A DNA stretch of 64,000 bases from Patescibacteria group bacterium (GCA_018819405.1 JAHJQF010000001.1:98097-162096), one strand, 5' to 3'; counted from the first letter of the stretch, positions 38,426 to 48,792 are shown. Notes: generated by a model from the letters alone, not told the origin. A program made the numbers and translations.

Positions 38426-39784
38426 ATGCCTAGTAATCAAAACGGAATCAAAATTTCCGGCGACAAAAAAGACTGTCTGCGTCTAGCCTCATGGCTGACT
38501 AGTACGGTCGCCAAAAATGTGGCTGGTATCAGAGAAATCAAACTATCAGGAACATCAGGACTGTGTGACAGAGCTATAGCCCTAAAAGAGAATCAAATGT
38601 GCCTTATGGTGCAAGGAGACCAAGTGCTTTGGCACTTTTGCCAAACAAAGAGCTGTGCGTCACAAATCTTTGTGCTCAAGCCTCAGAACAATGTCGAGGC
38701 AGATATTTTGCTAAAAACTTTAGCTGACTATCTGACCAAGATCTGTGGCAAGACTAGCATCAACTTGGTCAAAGCACTGGAATGCGGTCCACAACAACTC
38801 GTCAACAAATATTCACGCCCCGCCATCAGCCAACCAGAAGACCCAAGCCATATCCTCTACTCTAGACGCTTTCCTCAACCAATCAAACTGCCAGAAAAAA
38901 CCGAAGAGGTCTATCTGGCTCTACTGCTTCTTTTACCCACTTACGGACAGGCACTTCTGGACGTAAGCGGAGTTTTTCTCCTGCCCAATCCCGTCCGTCT
39001 TCTTGATGAATTTGCCCACAACTTGGGAAAACAAAAACTCTGGTGGCAAACCGGCTGGAGTCAACTCCTAAAAATCACTCCCAAGATAATCGAACGTGCC
39101 CGTAACGGCAAAGGGATGCTTGTCCATCGCATTAGATTGGAATCAAATGGAGTATTGGCCACAAACTTGCAGACCAAAAAGGAGGCTGAGACAATGCCGG
39201 AAAAAACCTTTAGACTCAATGCTAGACAACACATGGTCTACCACTCCCTTTTGAGATTGGCCGGAGATGATCTTGCTAATGTCGTGGAAATCAGTCGCTA
39301 CGCCACCAGATTGCTCAAGCTTTCCAGCTTTGACATTCCCAGAGGCAGTATTAGCAACTACATCAAACAGCTAACCAGACTAGGCTTGGTCGAAAATGGC
39401 TCTCAGCGCGGTAACATCAAGGTTTACCGCCAGCCCACCTCTATTATTGACGGTCATCAAGCCACCGATCCGCCAAAGAAAGTCGAAAAAAAAGTTGCCA
39501 AAAAGGGAAACGGCGATGACAATACGACAACAGACAATCCTGATACTCCTACCTCTTCCAAGACACCACAAAAACCTGGTAATGGTAGCAATAGCTTGCT
39601 TGCCATACTGACTGGCGGAAACGGAACAGGAGACTCTGTCGACCAACTGGTCGAACAGGCCACCAGACAATTTCACGGCATCGGCGGTGTGTTGGAGTTG
39701 GCTCGACGTTTACAAGAAGCCGGCTTCCAGACCCACGACAACAACGACGGCACACACACTATTTCTTTCACCACCAGCAAGTGA
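38426..39784 (+). CDS. Hypothetical protein (ORFan) with wHTH-like region in the C-terminal half
   Basis: AAGGAGGA SD at 38413-38420; RGSISNYIKQLTRLGLVE; second in-frame SD+ATG at 39194. Confidence 0.7.
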   Translation: MPSNQNGIKISGDKKDCLRLASWLTSTVAKNVAGIREIKLSGTSGLCDRAIALKENQMCLMVQGDQVLWHFCQTKSCASQIFVLKPQNNVEADILLKTLADYLTKICGKTSINLVKALECGPQQLVNKYSRPAISQPEDPSHILYSRRFPQPIKLPEKTEEVYLALLLLLPTYGQALLDVSGVFLLPNPVRLLDEFAHNLGKQKLWWQTGWSQLLKITPKIIERARNGKGMLVHRIRLESNGVLATNLQTKKEAETMPEKTFRLNARQHMVYHSLLRLAGDDLANVVEISRYATRLLKLSSFDIPRGSISNYIKQLTRLGLVENGSQRGNIKVYRQPTSIIDGHQATDPPKKVEKKVAKKGNGDDNTTTDNPDTPTSSKTPQKPGNGSNSLLAILTGGNGTGDSVDQLVEQATRQFHGIGGVLELARRLQEAGFQTHDNNDGTHTISFTTSK

Positions 39785-39810
39785 GCATCATCTTGAGCAC
39801 AGAAACATGA

Positions 39811-39842
39811 GGGCACGCGAAACAGAACGCGTGCCTTTTTTT
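39811..39842 (+). terminator. Intrinsic terminator
   Basis: GGCACGCG...CGCGTGCC followed by T-run. Confidence 0.75.
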
Positions 39843-39845
39843 GTA

Positions 39846-39874
39846 TTGACAAAATCCCAATATATTACTAATAT
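39846..39874 (+). promoter_or_regulatory. Sigma70-type promoter for the ORFan at 39921
   Basis: TTGACA-17-TAATAT. Confidence 0.6.
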
Positions 39875-39920
39875 ATGCAATTACGCTCCCCTCACAGAAA
39901 CCCAAACCCAGGAGGAAAAC

Positions 39921-40427
39921 ATGCTCATTATCAGACAGGGTCTCCAAGGCATTGCTGTGCTTGACCACAGCAAAGAGCTCGGCCAGCCTGGCCAGTACAG
40001 CTCCTACAAAGGAGACGAACTGGAAGATCTGGCCAGCATCGTAGCGGCAGCCAAAACCAATGGCTTTGAAATCCGCTACTACTACAAGGATCTGCATACC
40101 TCGGCGAGCGAGATCATTCCGACCAAAATAATCATCACCGACATTCCGCCGATGACTGTCCAGAAGTTCCACAGCCATCAGGCCGTACACGAGCTTTCGG
40201 TGGTCACCGACGGCGAAATCGTAGTCATCGATTCCGACGTCCTGAACGAAGCTGATGTCGAGGCCATTCGAAGCCAGGGCGTCGCTCTCCGTGTCAACGA
40301 CATGGTGATCGAAGATCCGGGAGTACGCCACAGCGTAGCCAACCTCACAGACAGCTACGCTACCTTCACCACGGTCCAGACTGCCCGAATTCCCTTTGAA
40401 AGATTTGAGGCCGACTGGGTGCGCTAA
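39921..40427 (+). CDS. Hypothetical protein (GC-rich ORFan, 168 aa)
   Basis: AGGAGG at 39910-39915 before ATG 39921; the longer ORF-track start spans a terminator and a promoter. Confidence 0.7.
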   Translation: MLIIRQGLQGIAVLDHSKELGQPGQYSSYKGDELEDLASIVAAAKTNGFEIRYYYKDLHTSASEIIPTKIIITDIPPMTVQKFHSHQAVHELSVVTDGEIVVIDSDVLNEADVEAIRSQGVALRVNDMVIEDPGVRHSVANLTDSYATFTTVQTARIPFERFEADWVR

Positions 40428-40457
40428 ACAAGCTCACCAAGGCCTGCGCACAGGCCC

Positions 40458-40489
40458 AAAAAGGACTTCCCCGCGAGGAAGTCCTTTTT
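40458..40489. terminator. Bidirectional terminator
   Basis: AAAAAGGACTTCC...GGAAGTCCTTTTT. Confidence 0.8.
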
Positions 40490-40493
40490 ATTT

Positions 40494-40775
40494 TTAATAT
40501 ACTTTGATATCTTTTTCAAAATCCGGAAAATAGTCTTTGACTTGCCGGACATCAAAATCACTTATTATTTTTTCCTTTGATTCATGAGAAAGCAAAAACA
40601 TAAAAACATCCTGAATTAGTTGGCCGGCCGGTATTTTTTCATTTGTCAGATAAATATAATAGTCCCTGTCTAAAACCACGCTGTACATCTGCCTATTGCT
40701 ATCGTCGCCTATTTCTACATCAAATTTCCATTTGCCATTTTTACTATAGGTATTTTTTATAGTAATATTGTCCAT
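40494..40775 (-). CDS. Small hypothetical protein
   Basis: 93 aa; FMFLLSHESKEKI..FD....YFPDFE. Confidence 0.65.
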   Translation of the reverse strand: MDNITIKNTYSKNGKWKFDVEIGDDSNRQMYSVVLDRDYYIYLTNEKIPAGQLIQDVFMFLLSHESKEKIISDFDVRQVKDYFPDFEKDIKVY

Positions 40776-40820
40776 AAGATAATAATCTGTTATGTTTTAA
40801 TTAACTTAATATATTCTAAT

Positions 40821-41465
40821 ATGTCCCGGAAAAAAATGCAAAAATTTGCCGAGGCCGAAAATTTCCCCAATCTTATTCAATTACATCAAAAAGATCATAA
40901 GGAAAGGCTTCAAAAAATTCTATCTACAAAAAAAGATATTATCTTGGAGCTGGCTTGCGGCCGTGGAGAATACACTTTGGCACTAGCCCAAAAAGATTCT
41001 AAAAAAAATTTCATTGGTATAGATATCCAGGGCGAACGTTTATGGAATGGCGCCAAATATGCACTAGAAAACAAAATAAGTAATGCCTATTTTTTGAGAA
41101 TCCAAATAGAAGACTTGGAAAAATATTTTAAAAAAAAATCTATCCAAGAAATTTGGATTACTTTCCCTGATCCATACCCAAGAAAAGGCCAAATCAAAAA
41201 AAGACTTACTAGCCCAAAATTTTTACAAATTTATAAAAACATACTAAAAAAAGAATCTCTATTAAACCTTAAAACTGATGACAAAAATCTCTATGATTAT
41301 AGTCAAACTAGTATAAAAGACTTTGGCGGCCAGCTAAAAGAAAAAATAGAAGATATATATAGCCAAGATAATTTACCTGATTATCTAAAAATACAAACCA
41401 ATTTTGAAAAAAAACACTTATTGGCTGGCAAAAAAATTTATTATTTAAGCTTTTCTTTAAAGTAG
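40821..41465 (+). CDS. trmB: tRNA (guanine-N7)-methyltransferase
   Basis: LELACGRGE, FIGID, ITFPDPY, KKRLT, LKTDD, TNFEKK. Confidence 0.92.
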   Translation: MSRKKMQKFAEAENFPNLIQLHQKDHKERLQKILSTKKDIILELACGRGEYTLALAQKDSKKNFIGIDIQGERLWNGAKYALENKISNAYFLRIQIEDLEKYFKKKSIQEIWITFPDPYPRKGQIKKRLTSPKFLQIYKNILKKESLLNLKTDDKNLYDYSQTSIKDFGGQLKEKIEDIYSQDNLPDYLKIQTNFEKKHLLAGKKIYYLSFSLK

Positions 41466-41540
41466 CTAAAAGCCTTAGTTATTGACAATTTTACAAAAAT
41501 ATGGTATATTATCCTATTAACTAAAAAATAAGCTAAAAAT

Positions 41541-42956
41541 ATGAAAAATTGGTTAAAAATCTTATTAATAATCAGTGTTTTAGTGGCCTCTTTTGCCTTT
41601 ACTCCTTCAACTTTGGCTGCTGATTTGATTATTAGTCAGATAAATGTTGGCAATTTTGAAAACAATACCGCCCAACTTAGCTGGCGCACTAATCAAGCCA
41701 CCAGAAGTATAGTTTATTTTGGGGAAAACCCGGACGATTTACAATATAGACTAATTTATAATAATTATGATTATCAACATAAAGTAACTCTGACCGGATT
41801 GGAAAGTAAAACTACTTATTATTATAAAATAAAATCTACAGCCAAAGATGGCATATCTAACCAAACTTTTCTTCTAAATTTTGAAACCGGTAAAATAAAA
41901 GATACCACTGAACCAAAAATATTATCATCTCAATTGATACAAGTAACTAGCGATGCAGCTGCCTTTGCTTGGACTGCCAATGAAGAAGTAAAATCTGTAA
42001 TATATTATGGTATCGGAGAAAATAATTTTAATAAAAGTAAAAAAGTAAACTCATATATAAATGATAATGCTCTTACTATCACTGGCCTCAAAGCCTATAC
42101 TAGATACTCAGCCAAAATAAAAATCACTGATAGGGGTGGCAACTACTATTACAGTAAGGTGTTTACTTTTACAACAGGAGGCGACATAAATAAAAATACT
42201 GCCTTGAGTATTTATAATATTGAGCCTATAAGTTATGGAAGCCCTTTAATATCTAGCCGTCAGGTAACTATAAAATTTAAAACTAATATTGCCACAAAAT
42301 CTTATATTAAAATTGGTACCCAATCAAAAAAATATGGTAAGGATATACCGAGCACCACTTCTCATCGTCAGACTACGCATGAAATTACTTTGAAAGATCT
42401 AAAGCCTAATACTACTTACTATTATGTCATTACTACTAAAAATGATATTTATGGACATAGCAAATCAACTACTGAATATCAATTTATTACCTTGCCCGAA
42501 CAAAGTCCAGAAGTGTTGGGAGAAAAAATAAATTCAACTAAAGTAGACAGTGATAGAGATGGACTGATAGACTCTTATGAAGTGGCTATTGGCACCGATC
42601 CTCTAAACTATGATACTGATGGTGACGGCTACAATGATGGCACAGAGATAAAAAATGGTTATAACCCAAAAGGCCCTGGCCATTGGATAAAACTTATCTA
42701 CGGTAAAGAACGCAGCTCACTTGGTTATGAACAAAACAAAGCTGTAGAATTAAAAAATGTTTTAGAGCAAAGGATAGGTAAATTTTATATCAGCAAGCAA
42801 AACTGGTTCACTATAGTCAATGCCTACGTCTACGGTGGCTATCCAGTAGAAGCAATATCTCAGTCTATAAAATGGAGTGGCAAAACTGTCCACCCTACTA
42901 TCCCCTGGAGTCTCTGGAAAAACAGCCCTGATTATCAAAATTATATAAATAAATAA
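41541..42956 (+). CDS. Secreted protein with tandem FN3-like domains and Ca-binding DxDxDG repeats
   Basis: Signal peptide; three H.V.L..L...T.Y-type FN3 units; DSDRDGL..GTDP..DTDGDGYNDG; promoter TTGACA-17-TATATT at 41482-41510. Confidence 0.8.
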   Translation: MKNWLKILLIISVLVASFAFTPSTLAADLIISQINVGNFENNTAQLSWRTNQATRSIVYFGENPDDLQYRLIYNNYDYQHKVTLTGLESKTTYYYKIKSTAKDGISNQTFLLNFETGKIKDTTEPKILSSQLIQVTSDAAAFAWTANEEVKSVIYYGIGENNFNKSKKVNSYINDNALTITGLKAYTRYSAKIKITDRGGNYYYSKVFTFTTGGDINKNTALSIYNIEPISYGSPLISSRQVTIKFKTNIATKSYIKIGTQSKKYGKDIPSTTSHRQTTHEITLKDLKPNTTYYYVITTKNDIYGHSKSTTEYQFITLPEQSPEVLGEKINSTKVDSDRDGLIDSYEVAIGTDPLNYDTDGDGYNDGTEIKNGYNPKGPGHWIKLIYGKERSSLGYEQNKAVELKNVLEQRIGKFYISKQNWFTIVNAYVYGGYPVEAISQSIKWSGKTVHPTIPWSLWKNSPDYQNYINK

Positions 42957-42992
42957 CAAAAAATCCCCCGCCTCTGCGAGGGATTTTTATTA

Positions 42993-44192
42993 TTATCCAA
43001 ACATCAAAATATCCGGTTTAAATATCAATAAAATACCAATAATAACCATTATTGTGCCGCCTATCAAGCTTGACCAACGAGAATATTTGGTACTAAGGCC
43101 AGTAAGCTGCAAAGTAGTCATAGCCACAAAAAATACCAACATATCATCTATCATAAAAAAGAATATGTAGACCAAAATATAGCTATAATATTGCCATGTA
43201 CTTAGATCATTTAAAGCTAATATCTGAGTATAAACAGCTGGCAGTCCGGCTGAACAAATAAGCTCTACTAGATTGACTGCAAAAGCTAAAATAATAATAC
43301 CCATCAGTGACAAAACAAAACTTTTTTGGCCGACTATTTCTTTGAGCCTATTAAATATCTTTTTCTTTTTTTCTCCTCCACTTACTTTGCAAGTGCCGGC
43401 TTTGTTGGTATAAAACTCTTTGATATTGTAAATTCCGCCACCTAATGCCAATAGACCAATAAGTATTCTAATAAAAATTACATAAGCCAAAAACAAAATT
43501 AAATTTAGCCAAGCAACCATGAATAAAAAATATACAAAAGCCGAAACAGCAATAAACGTCAGACCAAGAGCCCACATCTTTTTTTTATTTTCCATACCCA
43601 ATAATAAGGTAATCAAAAAAACCAAAGCCCACATAGCACAAGGATTAAACCCATCCAGAAAACCCAAGGCCACACTCATTCCCAAAAGTGACATATTGTC
43701 TAAATTAATTCCTGGTACATCAAACAAGCCATTTTTATTTTCTACAGTTGGCTCTGGTATTTGATCAACAGCCGACATTTCTTCTTTCATTTGTATAGGC
43801 AGCGGTCTTGGCACAACAATCACTGCCCTTGAATTTAACTGACTGATAGCCTGCTCAATCTGAGCACCGGTAGTCTGTTCATTAAAATAGCCTATAAAAT
43901 AATTGTCGCCTACTACTGTGAAAGGCACACCTGACACATCAGCTTGTAATTTTTTTCCAAAATCCATCAAAAGATTAGCATTCTCCTTACTACTAGTAAC
44001 TTCCAGACGATTAATGACAATATTAGGATAACTGGGAGCAATCTTATCTAAAAATAATTCTTCTTTAGCACAGTGAGGACAGCCATTGGCATAAAAAAAA
44101 TAAACCTGATTGGCAGATTGTGTTTTAGAAATATTTGGTAAAAATAGTAGTGACAAAAATATAAAGACGGCAAGCAAATTTATTTTTTTCAT
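42993..44192 (-). CDS. Thioredoxin/glutaredoxin-like domain fused to a DsbD/CcdA-like TM domain
   Basis: GCPHC, GVPFT, DGFNPCAMW, VELICSAGLP. Confidence 0.8.
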   Translation of the reverse strand: MKKINLLAVFIFLSLLFLPNISKTQSANQVYFFYANGCPHCAKEELFLDKIAPSYPNIVINRLEVTSSKENANLLMDFGKKLQADVSGVPFTVVGDNYFIGYFNEQTTGAQIEQAISQLNSRAVIVVPRPLPIQMKEEMSAVDQIPEPTVENKNGLFDVPGINLDNMSLLGMSVALGFLDGFNPCAMWALVFLITLLLGMENKKKMWALGLTFIAVSAFVYFLFMVAWLNLILFLAYVIFIRILIGLLALGGGIYNIKEFYTNKAGTCKVSGGEKKKKIFNRLKEIVGQKSFVLSLMGIIILAFAVNLVELICSAGLPAVYTQILALNDLSTWQYYSYILVYIFFFMIDDMLVFFVAMTTLQLTGLSTKYSRWSSLIGGTIMVIIGILLIFKPDILMFG

Positions 44193-44196
44193 ATAA

Positions 44197-44502
44197 TTAC
44201 TCTTTTGTTATCTTTATGGCATAGCCTTCTACAATGGCTTGGCTGATTTTTTTGTAAGCACTAGATAAAATACGCTGAAAAGTACTTTGTGATGTTTTCA
44301 TCGCTTTGGCGCATTGTATTTGATCGAGATTTTTTATATTTTTTAGACGTAAAGCCTCTAATTCTTCTTTGCTTATGTCTATTTCTTTTAATGTAGCTAG
44401 CGGTAAGCCTCGAGGCTTAAAATAGGTAACTATAGGATCAATAGCTATTTTACGTCTGCCTCGAGGCCGACCAGCCCCTCGTCTTTTTCTAATATTTACC
44501 AT
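44197..44502 (-). CDS. DUF134 (UPF0251) DNA-binding protein
   Basis: YFKPRG, EELEALRL, MKTSQSTFQRILSSAYKKI. Confidence 0.85.
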   Translation of the reverse strand: MVNIRKRRGAGRPRGRRKIAIDPIVTYFKPRGLPLATLKEIDISKEELEALRLKNIKNLDQIQCAKAMKTSQSTFQRILSSAYKKISQAIVEGYAIKITKE

Positions 44503-44540
44503 ATCTACTATTTTATACTATTTGGGTAATAATTCAATAT

Positions 44541-44705
44541 CTAGCGACCCAGACGAGGCTTTCTCTGCCTCCTATTGAGACCAGCCCCACGACGATTATT
44601 TGGGGCAATTTGCCCTTCTGGAAGGGCACTATTGGCACAGTTTCCCATGCCACGCCCTGTCATTGAGCCCTGACCATTTGGCCCTGTACCGTCTCTATTT
44701 GGCAT
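44541..44705 (-). CDS. DUF5320-like small Gly/Arg-rich protein
   Basis: MPNRDGTGPNGQGSMTGRGMGNC; SD AAAGGAGGTGA. Confidence 0.8.
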   Translation of the reverse strand: MPNRDGTGPNGQGSMTGRGMGNCANSALPEGQIAPNNRRGAGLNRRQRKPRLGR

Positions 44706-44824
44706 ACTATCACCTCCTTTTCTTATCAATGGTTTATATTATGAATATATACCCAAAAATATGTTTTGTCAAACTACTGCCGATACTGTTATAATAACAA
44801 GAAAGAAATAAATAAATATCTTAT

Positions 44825-45448
44825 ATGGCTTTTTTAGACAACCTAAATTGGCGCTTTGCCACCAAATCATTTGATACAAAACGTGAAGTAACTAAAGACG
44901 ACTTAGATAAAATATTATCAGCCATCCAATATACCCCCACTTCACGTGGACTTCAACCCTACCATATTTATATTATAAAAAATACAGAATTAAAGAATAG
45001 ATTGAAGCCAATAGCCAATGATCAGGCTCAAATAGATTCTGCATCATATGTTCTCATTTTTTGTTCTATAGTCGGCCGACAAGCGCTACTAGATAGAGTA
45101 TCAAAATATGTTGATATAGCCGCCCAACTACAAAAACAAGACCGCGCCGAATTAATCAATCTAGAAGCTGTAAGCCAAAATACTATAAACAAAAAAACTG
45201 ATAATGAATTAAAAGCTTGGGCTATCCGACAGACTTATATTGCTTTTGGTTTTGCTATAGCTGCCTGTGCCGAGCTAAAAATTGATTCATGCCCTATGGA
45301 AGGATTTAATAGAATAAAAATGAATACTACCTTATCACTACCTGACTCACAAAAATCACAAGCTATACTCACTATTGGGTATAGAGAATCTGACCCCAAA
45401 AGACCAAAGATAAGGTTCCCTGAAGACGATTTGTTTACTTATTTATAA
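44825..45448 (+). CDS. Nitroreductase family protein
   Basis: WRFATKSFD, PTSRGLQP, IDSCPMEGF, IGYR. Confidence 0.9.
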   Translation: MAFLDNLNWRFATKSFDTKREVTKDDLDKILSAIQYTPTSRGLQPYHIYIIKNTELKNRLKPIANDQAQIDSASYVLIFCSIVGRQALLDRVSKYVDIAAQLQKQDRAELINLEAVSQNTINKKTDNELKAWAIRQTYIAFGFAIAACAELKIDSCPMEGFNRIKMNTTLSLPDSQKSQAILTIGYRESDPKRPKIRFPEDDLFTYL

Positions 45449-45455
45449 ATAATAT

Positions 45456-46508
45456 ATGGAAGGAATAGTCTTAATTATATTTTCATTAATTATATTTTCG
45501 ATCCCCTTGGCTCGTAAAATATATTTTTCTGATATCCAAAATAAAGAAGAAAAAATATCAACTAGCCGAGACTTGTTTTTTGACTGGCTCAAAGGTCTGT
45601 CCATTATAGCAGTTATTATTATACATGTTAGTTATTTCTATTCTTTTTACTTTGGCCAGCCACACCCATTTTTTAATATCATAAACAACTTATCACGTTT
45701 TGCTATATCAATATTTTTTATTTCCTCCGGTATTTTGCTAAAACCACTGGCAAACAAGAAATCAGCCTTGACTAAATTTTATACTAAAAAAATTGTCCGA
45801 ATATTTTTGCCTTATATCATAATTGTCTCAGCTCTAGCTATGTTTACTGGGACAAGTATAAAGCATTTTTTATATTTATTAATATCTGGCCAGGCGGCCG
45901 TGCCTTATTACTTTGTAGTAGTACTTTTACAATTTTACCTTCTATACCCTGCCCTCTCATTACTAAGAAATAGCAAAATTTTTCTATATATCAGTTTCTT
46001 GATTACCCTATCATCATATCTTTATCCTGAAACCTGGAGAATATTTGGCATCCCCTTATTTGGAAAGTACCTATTCTTTTTCCAATATGGCATTTATATG
46101 AGAAATTACTTTATTATTTATCAAAAAAAGTATTTTCAAACTCAAATTTTGTTTTGGCTATCTATTATCATCATATATTGGCTGATTGTCTTCAATTTTG
46201 ATTATCGTTTTTACAATGTCCGATTGTTTTATGGTCTAGCGATATTTAATTTTCTGTTTTTATTAAGAGACAAAATAAATCTAAACAATTGGCTACAAAA
46301 AATACTCATTAAATCTGGCCAACTGAGTCTCTGGATTTTTTTGCTTCATTTTTTCGTAGTAGAGCTGTTTTACAAACTGTTAAATAACTATAGCCACAAT
46401 ATCTATCTGGATTTTTCTATAATCTTATTGTTATCTACTATCGTTAGTTTTGGAGTTGCCTATATTTGCGATATTATATATAAAGGGGTACTAAAATTAT
46501 TTAAATAA
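45456..46508 (+). CDS. Acyltransferase-3 family membrane O-acyltransferase
   Basis: DWLKGLSIIAVIIIH, FFISSG, RIFLPY, YYFVVVLLQFYLLYP. Confidence 0.85.
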   Translation: MEGIVLIIFSLIIFSIPLARKIYFSDIQNKEEKISTSRDLFFDWLKGLSIIAVIIIHVSYFYSFYFGQPHPFFNIINNLSRFAISIFFISSGILLKPLANKKSALTKFYTKKIVRIFLPYIIIVSALAMFTGTSIKHFLYLLISGQAAVPYYFVVVLLQFYLLYPALSLLRNSKIFLYISFLITLSSYLYPETWRIFGIPLFGKYLFFFQYGIYMRNYFIIYQKKYFQTQILFWLSIIIIYWLIVFNFDYRFYNVRLFYGLAIFNFLFLLRDKINLNNWLQKILIKSGQLSLWIFLLHFFVVELFYKLLNNYSHNIYLDFSIILLLSTIVSFGVAYICDIIYKGVLKLFK

Positions 46509-46512
46509 AAAT

Positions 46513-48312
46513 ATGTGTGGAATCATCGGCTATATTGGTGACAAAAAAAGCGTCCCTATACTTTTGGAAGGTCTGGAAAAATTGGAATACCGAGGTTATG
46601 ACAGTGCTGGGATATGTGTCCTGTCCAACAAACAACTTACTAGTATCAAGAAAAAAGGTAAAGTCTCAGAATTGGCCAAACAGGAAAAAATAAAAAACCT
46701 GACTGGTATGATTGGCATTGCTCACACTCGTTGGGCAACACATGGCGAACCAAATGAAATAAATGCCCACCCTCATTTGGACTGTCATGGAGATATCGCT
46801 ATCGTCCACAACGGTATCATAGAAAATCACCAAGCCCTAAAACAACTTCTAATAAAACAAGGCCATAAAATAAAATCTGAGACTGATTCAGAAATAGTGG
46901 CTCACCTGATAGAAAAATTTTATCAGGGCAACTTAGAGCAAGCTGCCCGCCAAGCTATAGGGCTAATAGATGGGGCTTTTGGATTGGCTATAATACACAA
47001 AAGTGAAGATAAGATAGTGGTCGCCAGACGAGGCTCACCATTGATATTGGGTGTAGGTAAAGGCGAGATGTTTGTTGCTTCTGATGTGCCGGCCATACTA
47101 AAATATACCAAAAAAGTAATTTACCTCAATGATGATGAGATAGCTATAATATCCAAAAATAAATATATTATCAAAAATATAAGTGGTCAGAAAATAAACA
47201 AAAACACCCATGAAATAAAATGGAGTGTCGACCAAATAGCCAAACAAGGCTACAAGCATTTTATGCTCAAAGAAATATTTGAACAGCCTCAAGCTCTGAC
47301 CAATACTTTACGCGGTCGGATAAATAAAAACCAAATTAAGCTATCTATTAATTTAGATATAAAAAAAATAAAAAGAATAGTCATCACGGCCTGTGGCACC
47401 TCCTGGCACAGCGCTTTGATTGGCAAATATCTATTGGAAGACATTGCTCGTATGCCTACTGAGGTAGATTATGCTTCTGAATTCCGCTATCGAGACCCAA
47501 TAGTATCCAAAGAGGATTTAGTTATTGCTGTTTCCCAATCTGGAGAAACAGCCGATACTTTGGCAGCCCTCAAGGAGGCTAAAAGCAAATCAGCCAAGAC
47601 TCTGGGCATAGTAAATGTAGTAGGCTCTACTATCACCAGAGAGGTTGACTCTGGTATATATTTACACGTCGGTCCAGAAATTGGTGTAGCTTCTACCAAA
47701 GCTTTTACTTCTCAGGTGTTGGCTCTTTTGATGTTGTCTTTATATATTGCTCAGCAAAAAAACATACCTTTTGATAAAAAAATATTATCTGACCTAGCTA
47801 AGGTACCTGAAAAAATTGGCCAAGTTTTGACTCAAGCTGACAAAATAAAAAAAATAGCCAAAGAATTTAAGAACAGCCGCAATTTTTTGTATTTAGGCCG
47901 CGGCCTCAATTTTCCGGTTGCTCTAGAAGGCGCTCTCAAATTAAAAGAAATTTCCTATATCCATGCTGAGGGTTATCCGGCCGCTGAGATAAAACACGGC
48001 CCTATAGCTCTGATTGATCAGGACATGCCGGTAATATTTTTGGCCACCAAAAATAATCTTTCTCAAAAAATAATCAGCAATATGCAAGAAGTCAAAGCTA
48101 GGGGTGGTCAAATCATAGCTATAGTAAATGACCTAGACAAAGAAATAAAAAAATTGGTAGACTATATTATCGAAGTACCAAAAATAAGTAATGAGTTGTC
48201 ACCAGTTGTAAATGTGATACCATTACAGCTCTTGGCTTATTATATAGCTGATATAAAGGGTCTGGACGTGGACAAACCCCGAAACCTGGCCAAAAGTGTC
48301 ACCGTAGAATAA
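46513..48312 (+). CDS. glmS: Glutamine--fructose-6-phosphate transaminase
   Basis: MCGIIG, YRGYDSAG, HTRWATHG, SQSGET, PRNLAKSVTVE. Confidence 0.97.
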   Translation: MCGIIGYIGDKKSVPILLEGLEKLEYRGYDSAGICVLSNKQLTSIKKKGKVSELAKQEKIKNLTGMIGIAHTRWATHGEPNEINAHPHLDCHGDIAIVHNGIIENHQALKQLLIKQGHKIKSETDSEIVAHLIEKFYQGNLEQAARQAIGLIDGAFGLAIIHKSEDKIVVARRGSPLILGVGKGEMFVASDVPAILKYTKKVIYLNDDEIAIISKNKYIIKNISGQKINKNTHEIKWSVDQIAKQGYKHFMLKEIFEQPQALTNTLRGRINKNQIKLSINLDIKKIKRIVITACGTSWHSALIGKYLLEDIARMPTEVDYASEFRYRDPIVSKEDLVIAVSQSGETADTLAALKEAKSKSAKTLGIVNVVGSTITREVDSGIYLHVGPEIGVASTKAFTSQVLALLMLSLYIAQQKNIPFDKKILSDLAKVPEKIGQVLTQADKIKKIAKEFKNSRNFLYLGRGLNFPVALEGALKLKEISYIHAEGYPAAEIKHGPIALIDQDMPVIFLATKNNLSQKIISNMQEVKARGGQIIAIVNDLDKEIKKLVDYIIEVPKISNELSPVVNVIPLQLLAYYIADIKGLDVDKPRNLAKSVTVE

Positions 48313-48329
48313 TTAACAAAAAAACAGAA

Positions 48330-48731
48330 ATGGAATATTTAAAATTTCCAGATAAAGCCCTCAATCATATATTGTCTATTCCTTTTATTTATGCCCTGTT
48401 GTTCCCCTTGATCCTTTTGGATATTTTTATAGAGCTATATCACCGAGTTTGTTTTCCTCTTTACGACATACCTTTGGTCCCCCGAGAAGCTTATATAAAA
48501 ATAGACCGACAAAAATTAGATTATTTGGAGCCTATTCAAAAAATAAATTGTATGTACTGTGGCTATGCCAACGGACTTTTGAGGTACGCCACTGTCATTG
48601 CCGCCGAGACTGAGGCCTATTGGTGTGGTATCCAGCATCAAAAAAACTCTATATTTATTGTACCAAAACACCAGGAAAAATTTGTTCCTTATGATGACAC
48701 CAAAAAATTTGATAATAAATACAAAAAATAA
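48330..48731 (+). CDS. Hypothetical protein with Cys cluster
   Basis: 133 aa; CMYCGYANG...YWCGIQH. Confidence 0.7.
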   Translation: MEYLKFPDKALNHILSIPFIYALLFPLILLDIFIELYHRVCFPLYDIPLVPREAYIKIDRQKLDYLEPIQKINCMYCGYANGLLRYATVIAAETEAYWCGIQHQKNSIFIVPKHQEKFVPYDDTKKFDNKYKK

Positions 48732-48792
48732 CCTTAGACAACCTTGACATTTTGCCGATTTTTCGTTATTATATCGGAGTTATTTTACCCAT

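Noticed and set aside
39687-39920. Longer start for the 40427-ending ORF, and the antisense ORF 39768-40331
   Set aside because: The extension spans a terminator and a promoter; the SD supports ATG 39921; the antisense frame is a GC-rich shadow
46400-46512. glmS ribozyme
   Set aside because: Only 4 nt separate the acyltransferase stop from glmS, and no ribozyme motif was seen
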